A stretch of DNA of 64,000 bases from a bacterium (GTDB lineage: Bacteria > Hinthialibacterota > Hinthialibacteria > Hinthialibacterales > Hinthialibacteraceae): positions 1,504,001 through 1,568,000 of the forward strand of contig CAXXMV010000002.1 of the NCBI GenBank assembly GCA_963662285.2, given 5' to 3'. Each line of letters begins with the position of its first letter. The stretch's first letter is position 1. This document shows, piece after piece, positions 41,436 through 51,860 of the stretch. Below the pieces are notes generated by a model. That model searched no databases. It worked only from the letters and a program-made list of their open reading frames with translations, and was not told the origin of the DNA. Made by a program: the position numbers and the translations under genes.

Positions 41436-41704
41436 AGGCTTGCGAGGGTGTCATTTCTGCTTTGCGGTTAGACCCTGACCTTTCTGCTTTGCGGTAACAC
41501 TTTGTTTGGAAAATAATTGACAATATCCAATATTCCATAGATAATAGATTACTCCAAATGAAATAAGAGCAGAATCTGAGTTGCCTCGGATAAAACTCAA
41601 TCGAAGCGGGGCATGGGCGCTCATAGCCCAGGGATGTTCATTCGCATCGAATGAGTGGGGGATTATCCTGATAAAAGATGGAAATAGAAAATGAACACAC
41701 GTAA

Positions 41705-42748
41705 ATGAACGTATCCATGAACGAGGCATCAGAAATTTCAGTTCCATCGCAGATTCCATTGGACGCCGGCCCTGAAGACGCGGATCGGTTGGCGATCCGG
41801 ACTAAACACCTGACGAAGATCTACTCGCAGAGTAACATCGCGGTCAACGATATGAACCTGGAGGTTCCCAAAGGTTCAGTGTTTGCATTGCTTGGGCCAA
41901 ACGGCGCTGGCAAGACGACAACCCTAAGGCTTATTCTCGGTCTACAGCGTCCCAGTGCTGGAAAGGCGGAAGTGTTCGGGCGTAAATGCGGCCCCAATGC
42001 CGTCGATGTCCGCTCCCGCATAGGTTATTTGCCCACTAATCCGAAATTGCCCGCACATCTCAAACCCATCGAGTATCTGGATCTGTTAGGAAGATTGTGT
42101 GGTCTGACATCCCAGGCCCGGAAGCCGGTGATTGCTTCGTTGCTTCGCGCGGTGGGATTGCTGGGAGCAACCAATCAGCGAATTGGAACGTTCTCCACCG
42201 GGATGTGTACGCGGCTGGGGATTGCAGCATCACTTGTCGGCGATCCGCCCTTGCTGATATGGGATGAACCTACCGCAGGTCTCGATCCATCGGCCAGACG
42301 CTTCACGCTGGATTTTATTCGTGAACTGGGAAAGACCAAAACAATTGTAGTGGCTACTCACATTTTGAGCGACATCGATCAGGTATCCGACTATCTTGGA
42401 GTGATGCATGAGGGGCGAATGATCTACACCGGTTCGATGGCCGATATGAGAAAGCGTCTTCTTTATGACGAATTCAGACTGGACCTGGATGGCGAGTCTG
42501 AGAACATCCGGAATCTAAGCAATAAGGTTGCCATGAAAGACGGCGTCGAGGTTCGGATTGAAGGCGATCGAATTCTTCACGTCAGAATCGCCGATGGGCA
42601 TAACCGTTCAGGCGTCCTTGCAGGTATCTTAAGCATGATCGAGGGAGACAATATATCTCTGGCGGCGATCCGCTCTGGACAGAACACAACCGAGGACGCG
42701 TATCTTCAATTGCTGCAGGAGGACCAAGCCCATGGCTTCGACCGTTAG
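41705..42748 (+). CDS. ABC-2 type transporter ATP-binding protein
   Basis: GPNGAGKTT, FSTGM, WDEPTAGLD, ATH. Confidence 0.93.
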   Translation: MNVSMNEASEISVPSQIPLDAGPEDADRLAIRTKHLTKIYSQSNIAVNDMNLEVPKGSVFALLGPNGAGKTTTLRLILGLQRPSAGKAEVFGRKCGPNAVDVRSRIGYLPTNPKLPAHLKPIEYLDLLGRLCGLTSQARKPVIASLLRAVGLLGATNQRIGTFSTGMCTRLGIAASLVGDPPLLIWDEPTAGLDPSARRFTLDFIRELGKTKTIVVATHILSDIDQVSDYLGVMHEGRMIYTGSMADMRKRLLYDEFRLDLDGESENIRNLSNKVAMKDGVEVRIEGDRILHVRIADGHNRSGVLAGILSMIEGDNISLAAIRSGQNTTEDAYLQLLQEDQAHGFDR

Positions 42749-43646
42749 TAATTCTAATCTCGCCGTGCGGCTAGATCCTTATCTGGCAATATGCCAGTAT
42801 GACCTGCGCGGCCTATGGCAGAGCCGGTTGATCCGGCTTTGGTTGGCTGTAGCCGTGGTTCTGACGCTGCTAATAATGTTGAGCAACTGGGAACAAATGC
42901 CGGATGCTCCTTTGATTGCAGTGATTTTGATCCCGTATCTGGTCTTTCCTTGGCCTTTCGTGGTGATAATACTGAGCGTCACCCCTGTCTCAGATGCACG
43001 AACCGATACGCTTGCCGACGGAATTCTCAGCAGGCCAGTGACCCGTCACGGTTACCTGCTTGCAATCTGGGCAGCCCGGCTTATTGCAGTGCTGGGCGTC
43101 TACCTGGTGGGTACCGTCCCGGCAATCGCAATGCTCACTTTGGCGCAGCGTCCTGCGCCCCAGGATTATGTTACTCTATATGGAATAATCACTTCTCTGT
43201 TTGTAGTGGGGCTGGTGCTTTCCTTGATTGTGTCATTGGGTTTCCTGGCCGGAACGCTCTTGCGAAAACCTTTGCTGGCAGTGGTGGTTCTGGTTTTTGT
43301 GTGGTATCCAGTCAATCTTGTCTTGAGCGCTTTTTCGCTCGAAGAGTTTTCGCCCATCAGTTTGAGCCGGGCTATACCCATACAACTGCAAATGAAATTA
43401 TTTAGATTCGAATAGTCCGATCAAGATGAGGCTGTGAATATAGGAGGCCTTGAAGCTGTCACCGATATTTTGTCCGATTTCGGTAAGACCTTTTCCACGC
43501 CTAAAACCAGTGATAAATACTTCGAGACGGATAAATTCGAGGACTTTTCTTTGCTTCGAGTCACTCTGGGATACGCCCTGTCGTCATTGATTGCGGTGGC
43601 TATTATCTCTCATTTGCTTCTATTGGCGGGATTTGTGATGGAGTGA
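42732..43646 (+). CDS. ABC-2 permease, apparently interrupted by an in-frame TAG at 43413-43415
   Basis: LSRPVTR motif and TM helices; ORF 43434-43646 continues in the same frame and supplies a last TM helix. Confidence 0.75.
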
Positions 43647-43664
43647 ATGTCCGGCGCGAATGTT

Positions 43665-43751
43665 AAGGTGAAGACAGCGCTTAAGGGATAGTCAAAATCA
43701 TAAGTGATAGCATCAAGGGCTGACCGCAATGCGGTCTTGCCCTTGGCACCC
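43665..43751. repeat. CAAGGGC hairpin repeat, copy C
   Basis: Matches copy A over about 85 bp. Confidence 0.85.
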
Positions 43752-43859
43752 GAATCGTGACAAATTGTCACGGGTAGAAATCCTTATCCGCCCATTATTT
43801 CACCAATCCCCCCAACTCAGCCTATGCAATATATCTATTGCATTTAAAATCTGTTTACT

Positions 43860-45049
43860 ATGAAAGAGATCAGACCTGACAACGGGATTCCTGTATATTT
43901 GTATATCGATCAGATCGAAGATGGAGCGTTGGAGCAGGCGGAGATGTGTTCGCGGCTGCCTCATGCTTTTCATCATATCGCCATCATGCCCGATTCTCAT
44001 CAGGGTTACGCCATGCCGGTGGGCGGGGTGATGGCTATGCAGGGCGCGGTGATGCCCAATGCGGTGGGGGTTGATATCGGCTGCGGCATGGTCGCCGCCC
44101 GCACTGACGCCCCGGCGGTTCAGGTTCGTCCCCGGTTGGAAGCGTTGGCTGAGGAGATATTCTATCGCATCCCGGTGGGCTTCGATTGGCACAAACAGCC
44201 TCAAGAAGGCGAAGCGATAGACCGTATCAAGGCGAAAGGTAAAGCCAAGCGCCAATTGAAAGAGCGTATGCCGGTGGTTATGCAGAGAGCCGATGACGCG
44301 GCGCGTCAACTTGGCACCCTGGGCGGGGGGCAATCACTTTATCGAGTTGGCAGATTGATGAGGATGGCCTGTTGTGGGTGATGCTCCATTCCGGGTCGCG
44401 CAACATAGGTCTGCAAATCGCCAATCATTACCATAAAATCGCCAAACAGTATTGCTCCAGTCTGGGCATGGGGCTGCCCAAGGATTACGCTTTTCTACCT
44501 TTGATACTGCCCGAAGCGCAACAGTATCTGGCCGAAATGCAGTGGGCTATGGATTTTGCTATGGAGAACCGCCTCCATATGATGGATCGCGTTTTTGAAG
44601 CCATGAACGATATCCTGGGGCGGGCGGTTCGCAATACTCTTGAAGTGCGCACCCACCATAACTACGCCGCCTGGGAAAACCATTTCGGTGAAAAAGTCCT
44701 GGTGCATCGCAAAGGCGCGGTTCGTGCGGCGCCGGGTGAATTGGTCACCATCCCCGGATCGATGGGAACCTCCAGTTATATCGGGCGGGGCATGGGATGC
44801 GCTGATGCTTTCCTGTCATGCTCGCATGGCGCCGGACGCGCTTTAGGCCGTAAGCAGGCCAAAAAGCAGATATCACGGGATGATTTTGAAGAGCAGGTTA
44901 AGGATATTATCGTCATGAGCCCCAAGCGAAGCGCTATAATCGATGAAGCGCCCGGCGCTTATAAGGATATCGAAGACGTGATGCGCCAGCAGCAGGAATT
45001 GGTGACTATAGAATTTCGTTTAAAGCCATTGGCGGTGATTAAAGGGTAA
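43860..45049 (+). pseudogene. rtcB: RtcB RNA ligase with two +1 frameshifts
   Basis: MPDSHQG, GVDIGCG, GTLGGG/NHFIEL/QIDEDG, HSGSR, HHN, HRKGA, SCSHGAGR; extra G in 44325-44330 and at 44349-44350. Confidence 0.9.
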
Positions 45050-45084
45050 TGGGTGATAATCTTAATTCGCCCTCGCCCCAGCCC

Positions 45085-45148
45085 CAATATCATTAAGTTA
45101 AGGAATTTCATACTATCGTTAGTGGCTTGATCAAGGGCTGAGCGCATG
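45085..45148 (+). mobile_element. Truncated left end of the IS4-like MITE
   Basis: caatatcattaagttaaggaatttc...atcaagggctgagcgca matches 62453-62514; preceded by a REP-like left half ccctcgccccagccc. Confidence 0.75.
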
Positions 45149-45366
45149 GGAGTAGGTGGTTGCATTGATTGGTGTATTTTTCTCGCATCGGGTATGGATC
45201 AAATATATGTGATCATAAAGCGCGTAAAGATGGGTTTTTTGATCATAAAAGGTTATGATAAATAAATATCTTGTAGTTAACCGATCAATTGGCTATCTTT
45301 AGAGTGGTTATTACAATAGTCATTATATGGTCGCCGTATTAATAGATTATTATCAGGAGATTATTT

Positions 45367-46962
45367 ATGAGTAATCCGGCCGGGTATCTTTCGCTCGTTT
45401 TACATGCGCATCTTCCATTCATCCGTCATCCAGAACATGAAGAGTTTTTAGAAGAAGACTGGCTCTTCGAAGCGATGAGCGAGACGTATATTCCATTACT
45501 GGACGTATATGAGCGTCTGCTCAATGATGGAGTGGATTTCCGCATTACTATGTCGCTCACGCCTCCCTTGTGTGAGATGCTGGCCGACCCGACTCTGCAA
45601 GACCGCTATGAGCGCCGTTTGGAAAAGCACGCCGAATTAGCTCAGAAGGAACTGGTTCGTACATCCAAAAAATCAGCAGCTGAATTTCATGAAACAGCCC
45701 AGATGCATCATGACATCGTAAAAACGTCGTTACGCGTGTTTCGCGATGAACATAAACGAAATCTGGTTAGTGGTTTTAAGCGCTTGCAGGATGAAGGCGT
45801 TTTAGAAGTTATAACCTGCGGCGCCACGCATGGTTTCCTGCCTCTGATGACAACCAAAAACGCTCAGCGTGCTCAGATTCAAATAGCTAAAACTAATTAT
45901 GAGAAACATTTCGGGCGTTCGCCTCGCGGCATCTGGTTGGCCGAATGCGCTTATGCTGCTGGAGTTGATGATCTTCTGGCCGAAGCGGGCATCAATCATT
46001 TCTTCGTCGATTCACATGGCATCCTGTTTGGCGAGCCTCGTCCTAAGTATGGCGTTTTCGCCCCGGTATTGTGTCCATCAAACGTGGCCGCTTTTGCGCG
46101 GGATATGGAATCTTCCAAACAGGTGTGGAGCCGCGACGCCGGGTATCCCGGTGATGTGGAATACCGTGAATTCTACCGCGACCTGGGTTATGATGCGCCC
46201 TATGAAGATATTCAGCCATACTTGCAGAGTGATGGAGTGCGGCGCAATCTTGGTTTTAAGTATCACCGGATTACGGGAGATGTTGACCTGTCAGAGAAAG
46301 AACCTTATCGTCCAGGCGCAGCCCGTAAAAGGGCTGCTGAACATGCAGGTAACTTTATTTATAACCGCCAGAAACAGATAAAATATCTGAAGAAATTTAT
46401 GGATCGGCCTCCATTGATCATTGCTCCTTATGATGCGGAACTATACGGCCATTGGTGGTTTGAAGGCCCAATGTTTATCGAGTCTCTATTCCGTAGAATG
46501 CATCAGAGTAAGAATAAACTTTCATCTATCACTCCCTTCGAATACATGAAAAAACATCCGGTTATTCAATCGGTGCAGCCTGCTCCATCATCATGGGGCG
46601 ACAAGGGATTTTATGAAGTATGGCTTAATGGCTCCAATGATTGGATTTACCGTCACCTTAATCAATGTGAAGAACGGATGGTGGAACTGACAGCGACGCG
46701 TCCCGCAGCGGATGGGATTGAAGAACGGGCGCTTAACCAGGCGGCGCGTGAATTGGTCTTGGCGCAAAGCAGCGACTGGGCTTTCATTATGACCACTGCC
46801 ACCGCCGTACCTTACGCCAATCGGCGTACGCGTGAACATGTCTATCGTTTCAATGTTTTATACGACCAGATTAAGAGTGGTCAAATCGATGAGGTTTTCC
46901 TGAAAGATATTGAATGGAAAGATTCCATCTTCCAGGAGATCGATTACAAAGTGTATGCATAG
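45367..46962 (+). CDS. GH57 1,4-alpha-glucan branching enzyme (DUF1957)
   Basis: LHAHLP, ETYIPL, GIWLAECAY, PYDAELYGHWWFEG, AQSSDWAF. Confidence 0.92.
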   Translation: MSNPAGYLSLVLHAHLPFIRHPEHEEFLEEDWLFEAMSETYIPLLDVYERLLNDGVDFRITMSLTPPLCEMLADPTLQDRYERRLEKHAELAQKELVRTSKKSAAEFHETAQMHHDIVKTSLRVFRDEHKRNLVSGFKRLQDEGVLEVITCGATHGFLPLMTTKNAQRAQIQIAKTNYEKHFGRSPRGIWLAECAYAAGVDDLLAEAGINHFFVDSHGILFGEPRPKYGVFAPVLCPSNVAAFARDMESSKQVWSRDAGYPGDVEYREFYRDLGYDAPYEDIQPYLQSDGVRRNLGFKYHRITGDVDLSEKEPYRPGAARKRAAEHAGNFIYNRQKQIKYLKKFMDRPPLIIAPYDAELYGHWWFEGPMFIESLFRRMHQSKNKLSSITPFEYMKKHPVIQSVQPAPSSWGDKGFYEVWLNGSNDWIYRHLNQCEERMVELTATRPAADGIEERALNQAARELVLAQSSDWAFIMTTATAVPYANRRTREHVYRFNVLYDQIKSGQIDEVFLKDIEWKDSIFQEIDYKVYA

Positions 46963-46987
46963 TCATATAAAGCACTGTGGATAAACA

Positions 46988-47028
46988 TTCCTCTCCCAAG
47001 ATTGGGAGAGGTTAGGAGAGGGTTGATA
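46988..47028. repeat. REP element, inverted copy of 37861-37900
   Basis: ttcctctcccaagattgggagaggttaggagagggttgata. Confidence 0.75.
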
Positions 47029-47266
47029 TCAGCAATCTTTGCAGAAGAATAATCAACAATAAGCTATTTCCAATCAACATTATCGATAATCACTGATTCT
47101 ATCTAATGGCGCCACTTCCATTCCAAGCGAATGGCGCCACAATTCTAAGAATTATTTCAAAATTATCTGATTTCGGTGAGATATTCTGTACTATTAGATA
47201 ACTCATTATTTAATTCCCTAATTTAATTTGAATTATTCATTTAGTAATACGAAGGAGACTAAACAA

Positions 47267-48358
47267 ATGACTGACCGGATATTTAATTTCAGCGCTGGAC
47301 CGGCGGTTCTGCCGCTTTCAGTTTTGGAAAAAGCGCAAAGTGAACTGGTGAATTATGCGGGATGCGGCATGTCCGTTATGGAGATGAGCCACCGCTCCAA
47401 AGAGTTCAGCGGCATTATAGAACGGGCGGATTCTGGAATGCGCCAGGCGTTGAATATACCGGACGATTATGCAGTGCTCTTTTTACAGGGCGGCGCCAGT
47501 TTGCAGTTCGCTATGGTTCCAATGAACCTGTATCAGGCAGGCAAGCCGGTCGATATTATCCACACTGGCAGCTGGACCAAGAAAGCCATCGCCGAACATA
47601 AGAAACTGTCTGAATATAGATTGGCGGCTACGACTGAAGAAGACAGGTTTTTGCGTTTGCCCAAACCGGAAGAGATCAATTTAAGCGGCGATGCATCGTA
47701 TGTCTATATGTGCTCGAACAACACTATTGCTGGAACCCAGTTTAAGCAGTTTCCTGATACGGGCGACATTCCACTAGTGGCTGATATGTCGTCGGATATC
47801 CTTTCCCGACAACTTGATATATCCAAATTCGGATTGATCTTCGCTGGCGCTCAGAAGAACATCGGGCCATCCGGCGTGACATTAGTGATTATCCGCAAAG
47901 ACCTGGCTGATAGAGCCGCAGAGACGCTGCCCACTATGATGCAGTATCGCACTCATATCGCAGGTGGATCACTGTATAACACTCCGCCAACTTACGGCAT
48001 CTATATCGCGATGTTAGTGGTTGAGTGGATTAATGAACAAGGCGGCGTTTCTGTGATGGAAAAGATAAATGCAGATAAAGCGCAGATACTTTATGACGCC
48101 ATAGATCAGAATGATTTCTTCTACTGCCCGATTCCAGCCGCAGACCGTTCGCCGATGAACGTCGTTTTCCGCGTGACGGGCGACAAAGAAGATGTAGAGA
48201 AAACTTTTGTCGAGCAAGCAACGGCTGCTGGATTAAGCGGGCTGAAAGGCCACCGTTCAGTCGGTGGACTACGCGCTTCGATTTATAATGCGCACCCCGT
48301 TGAGGGCGTTAAGGCGTTGGTCTCGTTCATGAATGATTTTGCCAAACTGAACAGATAA
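47267..48358 (+). CDS. serC: Phosphoserine aminotransferase
   Basis: NFSAGPA, EMSHRS, DMSS, GAQKNIGP, GHRSVGG.RASIYN; AAGGAG RBS. Confidence 0.97.
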   Translation: MTDRIFNFSAGPAVLPLSVLEKAQSELVNYAGCGMSVMEMSHRSKEFSGIIERADSGMRQALNIPDDYAVLFLQGGASLQFAMVPMNLYQAGKPVDIIHTGSWTKKAIAEHKKLSEYRLAATTEEDRFLRLPKPEEINLSGDASYVYMCSNNTIAGTQFKQFPDTGDIPLVADMSSDILSRQLDISKFGLIFAGAQKNIGPSGVTLVIIRKDLADRAAETLPTMMQYRTHIAGGSLYNTPPTYGIYIAMLVVEWINEQGGVSVMEKINADKAQILYDAIDQNDFFYCPIPAADRSPMNVVFRVTGDKEDVEKTFVEQATAAGLSGLKGHRSVGGLRASIYNAHPVEGVKALVSFMNDFAKLNR

Positions 48359-48383
48359 TTTTTATTCATACAAACTGGTAATC

Positions 48384-48414
48384 AGAAAGGGCGATCTTCG
48401 GGACGCCCTTTCTG
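48384..48414 (+). terminator. Intrinsic terminator
   Basis: CAGAAAGGGCG...CGCCCTTTCTG followed by a T-rich tail. Confidence 0.75.
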
Positions 48415-48677
48415 CGTTTGTTTTACGCAATTGAATAAAAATGGAATCGGTTGTTCTGTTATATGTACAAGTAATATTAATAGAATATTGTTGACTTGTA
48501 TTTTAGAGTATCTTTGCAGTGTTGAATTAAAGAGAAAAAACACTGCCATATTTTTGAAAGGAGGTGGATTTCTTAATAACTCATTGAAATGTCGAGTATC
48601 TAAGAATTTTCATATTCGATATTTGGGTAATCGATATATGTTGATGTGTCTAAACAAACATACTTTTGGAGGATTAC

Positions 48678-50097
48678 ATGAAATTAATAACAATAAGTTT
48701 ACTTCTGGTTTGTCTTTTTGCGCTTCCAGTTATGTCGCAGGATGTAGAAATTAAGCCGGTTTTTGAGCATCTGGCCAAAAACGGCGTTCCCGGATTTCCC
48801 TTCATGGTGGCTCAGCAGGGTTTAAACGATGATTCTTCAGAAGGCCATGCAGACTATGACATGATTAGTTCATTTGTGCGGTATGATGAAAACCGTTTGC
48901 TACTCTATGTAGTTGAAAACGGAATCGATGAATCCGCCGCTGATCATGACGCCGCCATGGCAGCGGAATTTCCCGACCGCACTATCTGGTGGATAAATCC
49001 AGTGACTGGCGCTCCGATGGGTATTGCGCTTAACGTGGGATTGGAACCATGGCCTAATTCCGACTTTTATATTCAAAAGACGACAGGCCAGCATCCTGAC
49101 GGTCCTACTAGTGATCGTAGTTGGGCTTTGGTTGACGTTTATCCCGTTATTTCAGTTGATGGAGATGGATATCTATATCTGGGTAATGTTCATAACATTA
49201 TTCGCTACACCCTGGAAGGCGACCAATTCGGCAACCCCGAAAAAGTATGGAACCGTCCCGAAGAAGAGACCACCAACCAGCATTACCGGGCATGGCGCAT
49301 TTGGGATATGAATGTCATTGGTTCGGGAAACAACAAGAAAATGACCATTGACGCCAAGTATTGGATTGACTTGGGTGGAACGTGGTATCTATCTTCTACA
49401 GATGGCGGTAAGAGCTGGACATGGGAAGATGAGTTCAATAGCGGCGGCGGTTCGAGCGTACCAGTTGAATTTGAGTTGTTTGGAGACAATCTGGAACTGG
49501 TTTTCAACACTGCTTTTCCCTGGACGTGATGGTGGAAGAGGCAACACGCCGCTACGCCGTTATTTACGTCCGGTAGGTTCGCCTGAGGAATTCCAGGAAG
49601 AAGTCGCCGAACTTTGGAAACCGACGCGTGATCCAGCGATTGAAGATATGCCAGAACCTGATTCGGTGACATCCTTATATCAGGGTTGGTCCAAATGCGA
49701 CGTAGCCGCTTATCCGGGGATACCATACATAACGGTTTGCACCATTCCCCGTTGGCAGAGCCGTTTGGATGACTATGGCGACCAGGCTTTTCCAACCGCA
49801 TGGTTGGCGCTTCACAGCATCGATGAAGATTTGAATGGTGATGGCGCTGAAGGCGACTTTGTTGCTGGTTACTCAATCGAGCATTTTGATGCCGATGAAC
49901 CGGGTATGATGGATGCCGGAGCGCCTACCGATCCCTGGGTTAATATCTATTTGAGTGAAGTTAATATGTATGTCCCTGAAGGTTTCACCAATGGCGCTTT
50001 TGAAATTCTATGGAGCGGTGGTGGAATCGGATATGGCCGTTATGTTGTCGGCGATGTTGAAATTCCGACTGAATTAATGAATTGGCAACTGTTCTAA
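48678..50097 (+). CDS. Secreted acidic protein split by a +1 frameshift near 49515-49520; C-terminal motif TELMNWQLF
   Basis: Signal peptide, GGAGG RBS, Asp-box SSTDGGKSW; removing one base of TTTTCCC joins TAFP to GRDGG. Confidence 0.75.
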
Positions 50098-50123
50098 GTT
50101 TTAAGAAGTGAAAAGATGTAATT

Positions 50124-50149
50124 AAAAGGGGGCCTCGCGGCCCCCTTTT
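50124..50149 (+). terminator. Intrinsic terminator
   Basis: AAAAGGGGGCC-tcgc-GGCCCCCTTTT. Confidence 0.85.
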
Positions 50150-50378
50150 CTCATTGTGAAGAGTTGTGTATAAAACGCGATTTTAATGAATATGATTTTC
50201 AAATATCTTTCTAATTACTTATTAGGTGAATCTGATAACAAATTCTTTCTATAAGGATTACACCGTTGATAAGCTGCCCTACAATCTATTACGATAAGAT
50301 AATAAGGGGGGTATGAATATGAATGTTTTATGAATCCCTCTCTAACATTAATTTAAACCTATAATATTCAGATAAATA

Positions 50379-51770
50379 ATGGCTATTCTATTTAAATCTC
50401 GTCCCAAAAATCCCGGCGGCTTTCGAGAGTTTCTGGTGATTGCATTTCCACTGGTAATCAGTAATGCTTCTATTACCATGATGCATTTCATCGACCGCTT
50501 GATGCTCTCATGGTCCAGCCCTGAAGAAATAGCCGCCTGCATCCCGGCGGGCATTTTCGCATGGATGCTGCTTGCTTTGTTTATTGGAATAAGTGAATAT
50601 ACCAATACATTCATAGCTCAGTTTTTTGGCGCCAAGCGCTATTTCTCTATCGGCGCCGCAACCTGGCAGGGGATTTTCTTCTCGTTGATTTGTGGAATCG
50701 CCAGTCTCTCTCTACTGCCGCTTGGCATAAAAATATTTGATTGGATCGGGCATCCGGCTGATATTATCCAATACGAAAAAGCCTATTATGCGATAATATT
50801 CTCTGGTGGAACTTTCATCATCCTCAAAGAATCATTGAGCAGTTTCTATTCAGGACGCGGCAAGACGCTAGTGGTGATGACCGTCAATATTCTCGCCAAT
50901 ATCTTCAATGCCGTGCTGGATTACGCATTAATCTTCGGGGCTTGGGGTTTCCCATGCATGGGAATTCGAGGCGCTGCTTTGGCGACGGTTATATCCACTG
51001 TTATTACCTGCATAATATTTTTTGTATTATTTCTGTCTCCCCGCAATGCGCATAGATATAACACGCGGAAGATGCGGTTTAATTGGACGCTTATGAAGCG
51101 CATGATACGCTTCGGGGCGCCTTCGGGAATCCATTTTTTCCTTGAAGTGAGCGCTTTCACCGCATTTGTTTTTATCATCGGTAATATTGGGAAACTGGAA
51201 CTGGCGGCCAGCAATATCGCGCTGGCTCTCAACAGTCTGGCATGGCTGCCCATGTTGGGCGCCGGAATGGCCACCGCAACCATTGTTGGACAATATATTG
51301 GCAAAAAAGATATTAAAACCGCCGAAAAAAGCGCTTATACAGCTGTGATTACTGTTGAAATCTATATGATCTTTTTTGCCATAGTTTATATCTGTTTTCC
51401 TACGATGTTGCTTAGTCTTTTTCAGGGTGACTCAGTCAATATCGATGTCCCATTCTCGGAAATTCAACGTTACGGCAGAATAATTCTGCTTTTAGTGGCG
51501 GTTTATCAAATATCGGATGCGATGAACATAACCTTCTCTGGAGCTTTGCGAGGCGCGGGCGACACCAGATTCGCTATGTGGGCTAATATTGTTTTCGCCT
51601 GGTTATTGTTTATTCCCGGTACGTTGATCACTGTTTTATATTTAAAGCAGGGATTAATTGGCGCCTGGTGCTGGGCGACGGCGTATATTTCTATGTTGGG
51701 CGTCGCCTATTTGATACGTTTCCGCTTAGGGCATTGGAAACGCATTAAGTTAATCTCTAATCATGAATGA
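50379..51770 (+). CDS. MATE family efflux transporter
   Basis: About 12 TM; LIFGAWGFP.MGIRGAALAT, GALRGAGDT. Confidence 0.93.
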   Translation: MAILFKSRPKNPGGFREFLVIAFPLVISNASITMMHFIDRLMLSWSSPEEIAACIPAGIFAWMLLALFIGISEYTNTFIAQFFGAKRYFSIGAATWQGIFFSLICGIASLSLLPLGIKIFDWIGHPADIIQYEKAYYAIIFSGGTFIILKESLSSFYSGRGKTLVVMTVNILANIFNAVLDYALIFGAWGFPCMGIRGAALATVISTVITCIIFFVLFLSPRNAHRYNTRKMRFNWTLMKRMIRFGAPSGIHFFLEVSAFTAFVFIIGNIGKLELAASNIALALNSLAWLPMLGAGMATATIVGQYIGKKDIKTAEKSAYTAVITVEIYMIFFAIVYICFPTMLLSLFQGDSVNIDVPFSEIQRYGRIILLLVAVYQISDAMNITFSGALRGAGDTRFAMWANIVFAWLLFIPGTLITVLYLKQGLIGAWCWATAYISMLGVAYLIRFRLGHWKRIKLISNHE

Positions 51771-51860
51771 TTCAGTGCAAATATCAAAGCGCATCTTCCC
51801 CAATGGCGCAAAATAACATACGGTGTAAGTAAAAATTCGGGATGGTATGGCAGCGTTATC

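Noticed and set aside
41454-41496. Short direct repeat TTTCTGCTTTGCGGT x2 around GACCCTGACC
   Set aside because: Only two units with no associated gene; probably a mobile-element scar, too little to call.
39481-43415. TAG recoding or pyrrolysine readthrough suggested by in-frame TAGs in cotH and the ABC permease
   Set aside because: TAG is the evident true stop of several intact genes here (GH57 at 46962, oxidoreductase at 57175, propeller at 62690), and cotH also has a frameshift.
40288-45148. CRISPR array or integron attC array from the repeated hairpins
   Set aside because: Copies are kilobases apart without regular spacers; no cas or integrase gene; no attC core-site pattern.
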